NCBI GenBank assembly: GCA_963819655.1
Contig: CAWFXA010000003.1
Location: 672,001-736,000, forward strand
Origin: an uncultured Chloroflexia bacterium
Lineage (GTDB): Bacteria > Chloroflexota > Limnocylindria > Limnocylindrales > CSP1-4
DNA: 64,000 bases
Direction of reading: 5' to 3'
Numbering within the stretch: the stretch's first letter is position 1; each line of letters begins with the position of its first letter. The position numbers and the translations under genes are program-made. A model generated the notes under the pieces. The model was not told the DNA's origin, did no database searches, and was given only the letters and a program-made list of their open reading frames with translations. Positions 40,217 to 48,830 of this stretch are shown one piece after another.

Positions 40217-41247
40217 GTCGTCACCTCCTCGATCGCGGGCGAAATGGCCGCCAGCAGCGCGTTGTCCTCGGCGAGGGCCTCGGCGATGAGGTCGGGGACG
40301 CGTGCGCTGGCGGTCTTGGCGGCCACCTCGCAGGCGAACCCGATCATCCGCCGCGTGGCCCGCCCGTGCGTGATGATGACCGTCCCCTTGACGCCGAGCA
40401 ACGGGGAGCCGCCCTGCGTCTCGTAGTCGAACACCTCGCGGATGCGGCCGATGCCGGGGCGCATGAGGAGATACGCGAGCCTTCCTCGCCAGGTCCGCCG
40501 GAACTCGGTCCGCCACAGGTCGAAGATGTAGGTCGATAGGCCTTCGAAGAACTTGATGACCACGTTGCCGGCGACCGCGTCGGTGACGACCACATCGGCG
40601 AGGTGCTTGGCCAGGTCGCCACCCTCCACGTTGCCGACGAAGCGGAGCGTGGACGCGTCGAGCAGCACCGTCGCGCGCTGGATGCGGGCGTCGCCCTTGC
40701 CCTTCTCCTCGCCGATGCTCAGCAATGCGACGCGCGGGTCGGCCACGCCTAGGACGCGCTCGGCGAAGATCGCGCCCATCCGGGCGTACTGCGCGAGGTT
40801 CTCCGGGGTCGAGTCCGGGTTCGCCCCGATGTCGATGAGCACGAGCGGACCGGCCTCGGTGATCATCTGGACCGCCAGCCCGGGTCGCTCGACGCCCGGC
40901 AGCCGGCCGAGCTTGAGGATGCCGGCGGCCATACCCGCCCCGGTGTGGCCCGCCGTCACGACAGCATCGGCCTTGCCGTCGCGGACGAGCTGCGTCGCGA
41001 CCAGGATCGACGAATCCTTCTTGTCGCGCAGCGCGCGAGCAGGATGCTCGTCCATACCGATCACGGATCCCGCATGCACGATGCGGACGTTGGGGGGCAG
41101 TGACCCGGCGATCGCCTGGATGGTGTCGGTCAGACCGACGAGGATCAGCTCGACCGTCGGATTGCGGCGCGCGTAGTCGAGGACTCCCGGGACGACCTCG
41201 GTCGGTCCGTGGTCGCCGCCCATCGCGTCGAACGCGATGCGGACCAC
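40213..41247 (-). CDS. plsX: Phosphate acyltransferase PlsX
   Basis: IAFDAMGGDHGP, AGHTGA, DIGAN, IGEEKGKG, FVGNVEG and GGSPLLGV....HG. Confidence 0.95.
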   Translation of the reverse strand: MVRIAFDAMGGDHGPTEVVPGVLDYARRNPTVELILVGLTDTIQAIAGSLPPNVRIVHAGSVIGMDEHPARALRDKKDSSILVATQLVRDGKADAVVTAGHTGAGMAAGILKLGRLPGVERPGLAVQMITEAGPLVLIDIGANPDSTPENLAQYARMGAIFAERVLGVADPRVALLSIGEEKGKGDARIQRATVLLDASTLRFVGNVEGGDLAKHLADVVVTDAVAGNVVIKFFEGLSTYIFDLWRTEFRRTWRGRLAYLLMRPGIGRIREVFDYETQGGSPLLGVKGTVIITHGRATRRMIGFACEVAAKTASARVPDLIAEALAEDNALLAAISPAIEEVTT

Positions 41248-41251
41248 GGAA

Positions 41252-41461
41252 TCAGCGCGCGGAGTCGTCGCTGCCGGTGCTGACCGGCTTCGGGGGAACG
41301 GCCAGACGGCCCTGGTAGTAGCCGCAATTCGGGCAGACGCGATGCGGCAGCTTCATCTCGTGGCAGTGCGGACACTCCTCGAGCTTGGGCAGGTCGATCG
41401 CGAGATGCGAGCGGCGCTCGCCCTGGCGGGCATGCGAGACGCGTCGCTTCGGTACACCCAT
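41252..41461 (-). CDS. rpmF: 50S ribosomal protein L32 (zinc-ribbon form)
   Basis: MGVPKRRVS..R...RRSH and CPHC...PHRVCPNCGYY. Confidence 0.96.
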   Translation of the reverse strand: MGVPKRRVSHARQGERRSHLAIDLPKLEECPHCHEMKLPHRVCPNCGYYQGRLAVPPKPVSTGSDDSAR

Positions 41462-41566
41462 GGGGTCGTTGGGCTCCTTGTGTCGTTCGTGGTGCGCGGT
41501 CGCGGGACGGCGCTCGGGGTACGAGCGCGGTCGGCGCCGACGGCGGAGTCTACCGCGAAACCTCGA

Positions 41567-41783
41567 TCACCGTCACGGTCCGCGTTCGTCGCACGGGCCC
41601 ACCTTACGCTCGCCGTTCGTCGCCCAGCGGTGCTATCGACGAACGAGCACTCGCCCCTTCGTCAGCCGCACCGCGCTGCGCTGAGGCCGACGGCCGAGGC
41701 CAGCCTCCTCCGCCGACCTCATCGCTCAGCGAGGGACCGACCGACGTGCTTCGTCAGCAGCACCGCTCAGCGGTGACAGTTAT
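41567..41783. other. Structured intergenic element (candidate ncRNA or palindromic repeat)
   Basis: 17/18-nt direct repeat (41657, 41749), a 9-bp stem whose loop is complementary to a distal 9-mer, and imperfect terminal pairing. Confidence 0.45.
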
Positions 41784-41842
41784 GCAGTGGGACGTGATTC
41801 TCGCGGCCCGGCGCGTGATGCTCTCCGCTATCCAAGAAGCCC

Positions 41843-42388
41843 TCACTCCGGGCGGAATGCCTTCAAGGCTTCGAGGCGCGGATCGATGTCGTCGTCCGGG
41901 TGGTCGTGCTCGCCCTCGTCGAGCGGCAGCCCGCACACGACGCACAAGCCGGGACAATCCGGGCGGTCGAGCGGGGCGATCGGCTCGGCCAGGATGATCG
42001 CGTCGCGCACGGACGGCTCGAGATCGAGCTCGTGGTGGTCGGTCAGCCGGAGGGCGTCCGGCTCGGCGTCGGCGTCGACCGCGCGGCCGGTCTGCAGGTC
42101 GACCGAGGGCAGGTACTCCTCAGCGAGCTTGACGTCGATCGGTGTCGTCAGGGGCCGCAGGCAGCGGGCGCACTCACCGGCGAGCGACGTGGTGAGCCGA
42201 GCGTCGGCGAAGATCCCGCGATTGGTGCGTGTTAGGCGGACCTGTCCGGAGATCGGCTCGGCGAGCACCAGGTCCGGAAGCTCGACCTGCGCGTCTGCGA
42301 CGTCGTAGGTCCGACCCGCACCGACATCGTCGCCGAGCAGGCCGGACACGTTCCAGGTGAAGGGGCCGTCGGTCGAAGGGGCGCTCAT
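41843..42388 (-). CDS. DUF177/YceD-family protein
   Basis: ECARCL, ELDL...VR..IIL..P...L....CPGLC..CG and DPRL..L; upstream of rpmF. Confidence 0.9.
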   Translation of the reverse strand: MSAPSTDGPFTWNVSGLLGDDVGAGRTYDVADAQVELPDLVLAEPISGQVRLTRTNRGIFADARLTTSLAGECARCLRPLTTPIDVKLAEEYLPSVDLQTGRAVDADAEPDALRLTDHHELDLEPSVRDAIILAEPIAPLDRPDCPGLCVVCGLPLDEGEHDHPDDDIDPRLEALKAFRPE

Positions 42389-42398
42389 CGGCGCTACG

Positions 42399-42956
42399 TC
42401 ACGTCCGGGCGGGCGCTGCGGCGTCCTCCGCCTCGTCGTTCCACTGGTCGTCCTCGAGGCGTGCCTCGCCTGGGTCGCCGGGGACCTCGGGCGGCAGCGC
42501 CATCAGTGTCGCGCGCCGTTCGTCGAGCAGGTTCAGGCCCTTCTGGATGCTCTGGAGCGTTCTGTGGACGTCGCCCTCCAGGCCCTCGAGCACGCTCACG
42601 GCGTACTCGTCGGCGCCGGCCCGGATCCGGTCGGCATCTCCGTGGGCCTCCTCGATGACACGGCGGCTTTCCGTCTCGGCCGCCTGGGTCAGGCCGCGCT
42701 CGTCGATCAGGAAGGCAGCCTGTTCCTGCGCACGGCCGACGATCCGCTCCGCCTCTTCCTGCGCCTTCTCGATGATGCGCTCGCCCTCGGAGTTGATCCG
42801 CTTCGCCGCTCGGACTTCTTCGGGGACGGCGACCCGGAGCTCGTCGATGAGCCCAAGAGCAGCGTTCTGGTCGACCACCACATTCGTCGTGAGCGGCAGT
42901 TTCTTGCCGTTGGCGATGAGCGATTCGAGACGCTCGACGAGGAAGATGATGTCGAT
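42399..42956 (-). CDS. Conserved coiled-coil protein (DivIVA/SepIVA-like family between coaD and DUF177); probable ATC start
   Basis: DIIFLVERLESLI.....LPLT..V.VD....L.LIDELR..VPEEV..A followed by AQEEA heptads. AGGAGG lies 9 nt before the ATC at 42956. Confidence 0.8.
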   Translation of the reverse strand: MDIIFLVERLESLIANGKKLPLTTNVVVDQNAALGLIDELRVAVPEEVRAAKRINSEGERIIEKAQEEAERIVGRAQEQAAFLIDERGLTQAAETESRRVIEEAHGDADRIRAGADEYAVSVLEGLEGDVHRTLQSIQKGLNLLDERRATLMALPPEVPGDPGEARLEDDQWNDEAEDAAAPART

Positions 42957-43001
42957 GTCGGTGGCCCTCCTGCGCCGTCGATTATGGCACGGGCCGCTCG
43001 G

Positions 43002-43496
43002 TCAGCGACGAGCGAAGGCTCGTTCCAGGGCTGCGCGAGCCGCCGGCGGCACCATGGTCGAGACGTCGCCACCGAACGACGCGATCTCCTTCACCAGGCT
43101 CGAGCTCACGTAGCTGTTGGCGGCCGAGGTCATGAAGAAGACCGAATCGACGTGGGGCGCCAGGACCCGGTTGTTGTGGGCAAGCTGCAGCTCCGCCTCG
43201 AAGTCACTGATCGCGCGCAGGCCGCGGACGATCGCACCAGCGTCGCGGGCGCGGGCGAAGTCGACGGTCAGCCCGTCGAACGAGGCGACCTCGATCCGGT
43301 CGGCGTCGACGGCATGCTCGAGCAGGGCTTGGCGGATGATCCCGATGCGCTCGTCGACCGACAGGAGGGGCGCCTTCCGCGGGTTGGCGAGGACGGCGAC
43401 CACGACCGTGTCGAACACATTCGCGGCGCGCTCGACGATGTCGAGATGGCCGTTCGTGATCGGGTCGAACGAGCCGGGATAGACCGCGACGCTCAT
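43002..43496 (-). CDS. coaD: Phosphopantetheine adenylyltransferase
   Basis: YPGSFDPITNGHLD, VRGLRAISDFE and VSSSLVKE. Confidence 0.96.
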   Translation of the reverse strand: MSVAVYPGSFDPITNGHLDIVERAANVFDTVVVAVLANPRKAPLLSVDERIGIIRQALLEHAVDADRIEVASFDGLTVDFARARDAGAIVRGLRAISDFEAELQLAHNNRVLAPHVDSVFFMTSAANSYVSSSLVKEIASFGGDVSTMVPPAARAALERAFARR

Positions 43497-44098
43497 GCCT
43501 CCTCCGTGCTCTCCGCTGGACCGGGCGTCGGGTCGCGCCGCCCGTAGAACGTCAGCGCAGTCTCGCCGAACCGGCGCTCGCGCTCGGATGCTAGCAGCCC
43601 GATGGCCGTCGGCGGAGTCGTGCGCCAGAAGTGCTTCGCGACGACGCGGGCGTCCGGAGCGACGAGCGGCGGCAGGTGCTCGAGGGCGCTGCGGAGCGCG
43701 GTCTCGTCGTCGTAGGGCGGGTCGACGAAAGCCATGTCGAAGGGTTGCTCGTGACTCCGGCCGGCGTCGCGCAGCCACGTCAGGGCATCGGCGCGGACGA
43801 TCCTGGCGCGGCCTCCGGCGCGCAGTCCGGTGCGCTCGAGGTTGGACTCGATGACACCGATGGCGGCGCGGTCGCGCTCGACGAAGGTGGCGTGGGCCGC
43901 GCCCCTCGACAGCGCCTCGATGCCGGCCGCGCCGCTCCCCGCGAACAGGTCGAGGAAACGAGCGCCGCGCAGATCCGGCTCGAGGATCGCGAACAGCGTC
44001 TGCTTGACGCGATCGCCCAGGGGCCTGGTGTTCGGTCCGGGCGCCTCGAGCCGGATCGAGCGGGCGGTACCCGCGATGACCCGGCCGGCGTCAGGCAC
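43493..44098 (-). CDS. rsmD: 16S rRNA m2G966 methyltransferase
   Basis: RVIAG, TRP..DRVK, LDLFAGSG..GIEALSRGA and DPPY. Confidence 0.93.
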   Translation of the reverse strand: MPDAGRVIAGTARSIRLEAPGPNTRPLGDRVKQTLFAILEPDLRGARFLDLFAGSGAAGIEALSRGAAHATFVERDRAAIGVIESNLERTGLRAGGRARIVRADALTWLRDAGRSHEQPFDMAFVDPPYDDETALRSALEHLPPLVAPDARVVAKHFWRTTPPTAIGLLASERERRFGETALTFYGRRDPTPGPAESTEEA

Positions 44099-44107
44099 GA
44101 GAGCAGG

Positions 44108-46327
44108 TCATGAGCCGGAGGCCGGGTCGGCGGTCGCGAGACGGCGAAGCCAACCGGTCGCCAGCTCCGCGGCGAGCGGTTCCAGGTCCGATCGCCCGGG
44201 ATCGAGCGCGCCATCGGCGTCGAGCAGACGCTCGGCTGCGGCTCGCGCCTGGACCGCGAGTTCGCGATGGTCGGTCCGTGTCAACGATGCGACACGCATC
44301 CCCGGCAGACCGCTCTGGGCGAAGCCGAGCACGTCGCCCTCGCGTCGCAGCTCGAAGTCGCGCTCGGCCAGCTCGAACCCGTCGGACAGGTCGGCGATAG
44401 CGCGCAGACGGGCGACGGCGGTCTCGTCGGTCGCGCTCGATACGAGCACGCAGTAGGACTCGACGGTCCCGCGACCCACCCGGCCACGCAGCTGGTGCAA
44501 CTGAGCCAAACCGAACCGATCGGCGTTCTGGACGATCATCATCGTCGCCTCGGGGACGTCGACCCCCACCTCGACAACGGTCGTGCCGACCAGCACGTCC
44601 AGGTCGCCGTCGCGGAACCGGCCCATCTCGGTATCACGGTCGAGCGGGCGCATCCGCCCGTGGACCAACCCGACACGCAGCGGCGCCAGCAGCTCCGTCA
44701 GCCGTTGCGCCTCTGTCTCCGCCGCCACGGCCGAACCCGCGCTGCCGTCGTCGACGCCGTCGCTGCCCTCCTCGATCAGCGGCACCACGACGAACGTGCG
44801 ATGACCGGCGGCGGCCTCCTCACGGACCTTGGCCCACGTCGGCTCGAGCCGGTCGGGCGTGCGGATCCCGGTCCGGATCGGGACGCGGCCGGCGGGGGGT
44901 GTGCGCAGGTCGGACACGTCGAGGTCGGCGTACAGCACCTGGCCGAGCGTCCGCGGGATCGGTGTCGCGGTCATCAGCAGCACGTGAGGCGTCACACCAT
45001 CTGCGGCCTTGGCCTCGAGCTGGCCGCGCTGCTCGACCCCGAAGCGGTGCTGCTCATCGACGACTGCGAGGCCCAGCCGAGCGAACGTCACCGACTCGCT
45101 GAACAGGGCGTGCGTCCCGACGATCACCGAAGCCTGGCCCGAGGCGATCAGGTCGTTGGCGTGGGCCCGGTCGCGCGCGTTCAAGGATCCGGTGACCAGC
45201 AGCACGTCGACGCCCGCCCCGACGAGGAGCGCGCCGACGGTGTCCCGGTGCTGGCGTGCCAGCAGGTCGGTCGGCGCCAGGAGGGCGCCCTGGTAGCCGG
45301 CTCGTGCGGCGGCCGCGAGGGCGTAGGCCGCCACTGCGGTCTTGCCCGAGCCGACGTCGCCCTGCAGGAGCCGCAGCATCGGCGTCGAGGCCGCGAGATC
45401 TGCCCGGATGGCATCGATCGACGCGGTCTGGTCGGTAGTCAGCTCGACCGGATGGCCGATGCGCGCCCCGAGCGCGTCAACGAGCGCCCCGCGGATCACT
45501 GCATCCGTCCCGTCGTCGACCTCGACCACCGGAGCCCGATCGCGGCCGCGCGCCCGGCGCCGACCGACCATCCCGATCTGGAGGGCAAGCAGCTCGTCGA
45601 ACGCGAGGCGACGGAGCGAAGCGTCCCGTCCCTCGAACGACTCCGGATAATGGGCAGACTCGATCGACTCGGCGATGCCCCCGAGCCGCTCCTCGCGGCG
45701 CAGGTCCGCCGGGAGGTACTCCGGGTAGGCGTACCCGGCGCGGTCGAGAGCCTCGCGCATGGCGACCCGCAGGCGCGCGGCGGTCAACCCGGCCGTCAAT
45801 CGATAGACCGGCACGATCCGCCCGGCGTGGAGCACCTCGCCGTCACCCTCGACCGCCTGGAACTCGGGGTTATCGATCGTGAGCGACCGGCCGAACCGCT
45901 TCAACCGGCCCGAGACGACGATCTGTTGCCCCTTCTTCAGCCGCCGCTCGATGAACCGCCGGCCGAACCATGTCGCCTCGATCTGGCCGGTCTCGTCGCT
46001 GAGGCGGGCGATCGTGCGCTGGACGCGGCGACGCCAGGACGCCTCGACCCTGACGGAGTCGACCTGGACACGTGCCGAGACTACGGTCCCCTCCTCTGCC
46101 CAGACGAGGTCACCCAATCTCGACAGCTCCCGCAGATCGTCGTACCTGCGCGGGAGGTGGAACAGCAGGTCGCGCACGTCGTACCAGCCGAGCCGGATCC
46201 CGGCGCGTCGCAGCAGACCGGCGGCGGTCAACCCCGAATGAGCCAGCGGCGTGCGCAGGAGCTCGACCGGGTCGGTGGGTGCCGGCGGGAGCTTCGGTTT
46301 CCGGGGCGCGCTCGCGGTCTTCGCCAT
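44108..46327 (-). CDS. recG: ATP-dependent DNA helicase RecG
   Basis: LLQGDVGSGKT, DEQHRFGV, MTATPIPR, QLHQLRGRVGRG and DGFELAE.D..LR..G. Confidence 0.96.
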   Translation of the reverse strand: MAKTASAPRKPKLPPAPTDPVELLRTPLAHSGLTAAGLLRRAGIRLGWYDVRDLLFHLPRRYDDLRELSRLGDLVWAEEGTVVSARVQVDSVRVEASWRRRVQRTIARLSDETGQIEATWFGRRFIERRLKKGQQIVVSGRLKRFGRSLTIDNPEFQAVEGDGEVLHAGRIVPVYRLTAGLTAARLRVAMREALDRAGYAYPEYLPADLRREERLGGIAESIESAHYPESFEGRDASLRRLAFDELLALQIGMVGRRRARGRDRAPVVEVDDGTDAVIRGALVDALGARIGHPVELTTDQTASIDAIRADLAASTPMLRLLQGDVGSGKTAVAAYALAAAARAGYQGALLAPTDLLARQHRDTVGALLVGAGVDVLLVTGSLNARDRAHANDLIASGQASVIVGTHALFSESVTFARLGLAVVDEQHRFGVEQRGQLEAKAADGVTPHVLLMTATPIPRTLGQVLYADLDVSDLRTPPAGRVPIRTGIRTPDRLEPTWAKVREEAAAGHRTFVVVPLIEEGSDGVDDGSAGSAVAAETEAQRLTELLAPLRVGLVHGRMRPLDRDTEMGRFRDGDLDVLVGTTVVEVGVDVPEATMMIVQNADRFGLAQLHQLRGRVGRGTVESYCVLVSSATDETAVARLRAIADLSDGFELAERDFELRREGDVLGFAQSGLPGMRVASLTRTDHRELAVQARAAAERLLDADGALDPGRSDLEPLAAELATGWLRRLATADPASGS

Positions 46328-46336
46328 CGAGACCGG

Positions 46337-48046
46337 CTACTCGGCCGAGATGAGATACCGGTAGAAGGGCTGACCGCCGTGCCGGACCTCGATCTCGACG
46401 CCGGGCACCGTCGTGCCGATCGTGCGAGCCATCGCCTCGGCCTCGGCGAGGTCCGCGCCGTCCCCGTAGAACAGCGTCACGAGCTCGAACCCCGGGGTCA
46501 GCGCGGCCATGGCGCTCAGGACGGCCTTCTGGCGGTCGTTGTTCACCGCGACCAGTCCGTCGTCGGGGTCGAGGGCGATCGTCTGGCCCCGCTTCACCTT
46601 CTTGCCGCCGATCGTCGCATCCCGAACCGCCTCGGTGACGACCACGGTCTGGATCGCCCGGCCGGCCTCGGTCATCGGGCCGACGTTGGCGGCGGCGTCG
46701 ACCCCGGGATCCAGGGCGAGGAGCGCGGCGAAGCCCTCGGCGGCGTTCCGCGTCGGGACGACCTGGACGGGTCGGTCGGTCATCGATGCGACCTGCCGAG
46801 CGGCGAGGATGACGTTCGGGTTGTTCGGCAGCAGCAGGACCTCCTTTGCGGGGACCGCACCGACCGCCTCCAGCAGCTCGCCGGTGCTCGGGTTCGCGCT
46901 CTGGCCACCCTGGACGACCGACGCGACGCCGAACTCGCGAAAGATCGCGGCGAGGCCGTCCCCCGACGCGACCGCGATGACCGCCAGGCCGGGAAGGTCG
47001 GCTGTGGCCCCAGACCCGTTGCCACGATCGGTACCGCCGTCCGGCCTGGCGATGCTCTGTTCACTGGCCTCCGGGGACGGTGTACCGGTGAACGCGGCGG
47101 CCCGTGTCTCGCGGACGTCCTGCGCCTGGTTGTCGAGGTTCTCGACCGTGATGCGGCTCAGGTCACCGAGCGACAGGCCGTACCCGATGACGAGGTCCGG
47201 GCGCTCGTTGTGGACGTGCACCTTGAGCGCGCGCGCGTCGCCGGCCACGAGGACCGACTCGCCGATCGATTCGAGGTGATCGCGGATGGCGTCGACATCG
47301 AGCAGCTGACGGTCGGCTGCCCTCAGCAGGAACATCGTCTCGTAGCCGAAGCCCTCGTCGGCGCGGGCAACGAGCGTGCTTGGCGCCGGGCCGGCCGTCG
47401 TGCGCCCCCGCGCGGCCCGCACAGGGGTCTTGCCCGTCATGTGCAGCAGCGCACCCTGGAACAGCCGGTACAGCCCCTGGCCACCCGAGTCGACGACACC
47501 GGCCTCGCGCAGGATCGCCAGCAGGCTCGGCGTCCTGGCCACGGACTTCTCGGCGGCCTTCAGCGTCGCGCTTAGGACGGCCTCGATGTCGTCGTCGCGT
47601 TCCGCGGCCGCGACCGCCCCCGTCGCCGACTCGCGGATGACCGTGAGGATCGTCCCCTCGACCGGTTTGGCGACCGCCCCATAGGCCGTCTTGGCGCCCT
47701 CACTCAGGGCGTGGGCGAGATCCAGGCCGTTGAACCGCTTCTTGCCGCCGAGAGCCTCGGCCATGCCGCGAAAGATCTGGCTCGTGATGACCCCAGAGTT
47801 GCCGCGGGCTCCCATGAGGGCTCCGAAGCTGATGGCGGCGGCGACCCGGTCGGCGGGCTGGCCGGCGACGGCCTCGGCCTCGTCGAGCGCGGCCTTGACG
47901 GTCGCGAACATGTTCGAACCCGTATCGCCGTCAGGGACCGGATAGACGTTGAGGCTGTTGATCTCGTCGACGTGGGCCTCGAGGTTCGCGACCGCCGCGC
48001 GGAACGCGTCGAGCAGACCCGTCCCGTCGCAGGCGCGGCGCGCCAT
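46337..48046 (-). CDS. DAK2-domain protein (fatty acid kinase FakA/YloV)
   Basis: INSLNVYPVPDGDTGSNM, GARGNSGVI, PVEGTILTV, VVDSGG, GGQSANPS and GGQP.Y.Y.IS.E. Confidence 0.92.
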   Translation of the reverse strand: MARRACDGTGLLDAFRAAVANLEAHVDEINSLNVYPVPDGDTGSNMFATVKAALDEAEAVAGQPADRVAAAISFGALMGARGNSGVITSQIFRGMAEALGGKKRFNGLDLAHALSEGAKTAYGAVAKPVEGTILTVIRESATGAVAAAERDDDIEAVLSATLKAAEKSVARTPSLLAILREAGVVDSGGQGLYRLFQGALLHMTGKTPVRAARGRTTAGPAPSTLVARADEGFGYETMFLLRAADRQLLDVDAIRDHLESIGESVLVAGDARALKVHVHNERPDLVIGYGLSLGDLSRITVENLDNQAQDVRETRAAAFTGTPSPEASEQSIARPDGGTDRGNGSGATADLPGLAVIAVASGDGLAAIFREFGVASVVQGGQSANPSTGELLEAVGAVPAKEVLLLPNNPNVILAARQVASMTDRPVQVVPTRNAAEGFAALLALDPGVDAAANVGPMTEAGRAIQTVVVTEAVRDATIGGKKVKRGQTIALDPDDGLVAVNNDRQKAVLSAMAALTPGFELVTLFYGDGADLAEAEAMARTIGTTVPGVEIEVRHGGQPFYRYLISAE

Positions 48047-48472
48047 CTAGGCGACGTCCGTCCCGCTGTCGGCCAGATCTCGGGGTCGGATGCCACCGAC
48101 CGGCAGGGTGGTCGGCGCGACGGGGACGTTGCCGCCCGTCGGGACGTGCAGACCGTCGATGTGGATGATGATCCGGGCGACGTCGCGTTCCAGCGCGCGG
48201 CGGATCGAATACCTGATCGCGGAATTGACCTGCCGGGCGACCTCGGCGATCGGCACGCCGAGCGCGACCGTGATGTCGAGCTCGATCTCGATCCCGTCAT
48301 CGAGTCGGACCGCGAGCCCGGGCTGAGCCAGCCCCAGGCGGCCGATGAGGCGGCTCAAGGGGCCGCCGGCGAACCCGGTCACGCCGTACGACCCGAGGGT
48401 CGCCGTGCGGATGATGTCGTGCAGAGCGCGGCCGGTGACGAGCGATCGGCCGGGCGTGGGGCGGATGGCCAC
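48047..48472 (-). CDS. Asp23/Gls24 family protein (YloU-like)
   Basis: II..A...YGV.G, IEIELDI.V..G..I.EVA..V and I.IHIDGL; upstream of DAK2 and divergent from rpmB. Confidence 0.8.
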   Translation of the reverse strand: MAIRPTPGRSLVTGRALHDIIRTATLGSYGVTGFAGGPLSRLIGRLGLAQPGLAVRLDDGIEIELDITVALGVPIAEVARQVNSAIRYSIRRALERDVARIIIHIDGLHVPTGGNVPVAPTTLPVGGIRPRDLADSGTDVA

Positions 48473-48595
48473 GCTGGCTGGGTCTCCCTGGTGGGCTCCC
48501 ACGGCGGGCTGGCCGGAAGCGCGTGCTATCATACCGCCCCGCTCGGGCCAGCCAGCCTGATGCACCTGTCCCTGAAGCGCTTTCTGAGGAATCAC

Positions 48596-48793
48596 ATGGC
48601 CCGCTCCTGCGCGATCTGCGGCAAGGTCTCGATGGGCGGTTTCAACCCGCAGTCGTCGGGTTCGAACCGCGTTCGAGCTCACCGCCGCATGCAGCCCAAC
48701 CTGCAGCCGCTCGTCATCGAGCGGCATGGCGCCCCGGTCAAGGCGCTCGTCTGCACGCGCTGCCGGCGCACGCTGCTCAAAGCCTCGAAGTAG
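48596..48793 (+). CDS. rpmB: 50S ribosomal protein L28
   Basis: MARSCAICGK...RRMQPNLQ...VCTRC.RT; GAGG upstream; TGcTATCAT -10 at 48524-48532. Confidence 0.9.
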   Translation: MARSCAICGKVSMGGFNPQSSGSNRVRAHRRMQPNLQPLVIERHGAPVKALVCTRCRRTLLKASK

Positions 48794-48830
48794 GGCGCCG
48801 GGCCCGCCGACGGCTCTCCCTGTCGGCGGC

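Noticed and set aside
41657-41766. Hammerhead ribozyme (CUGACGA twice on the minus strand)
   Set aside because: No GAAA core element follows a stem II.
41567-41786. Integron attC site (GTTATGC / GCATAAC core-like word)
   Set aside because: No matching opposite core site, and no integrase or cassette array in the window.
44267-47575. 1102-aa plus-strand ORF, and many other long antisense ORFs (e.g. 2980-5250, 19727-21718, 36231-38459)
   Set aside because: They are shadow frames of clear minus-strand genes, expected in high-GC DNA with few stop codons, and carry no recognisable motifs.
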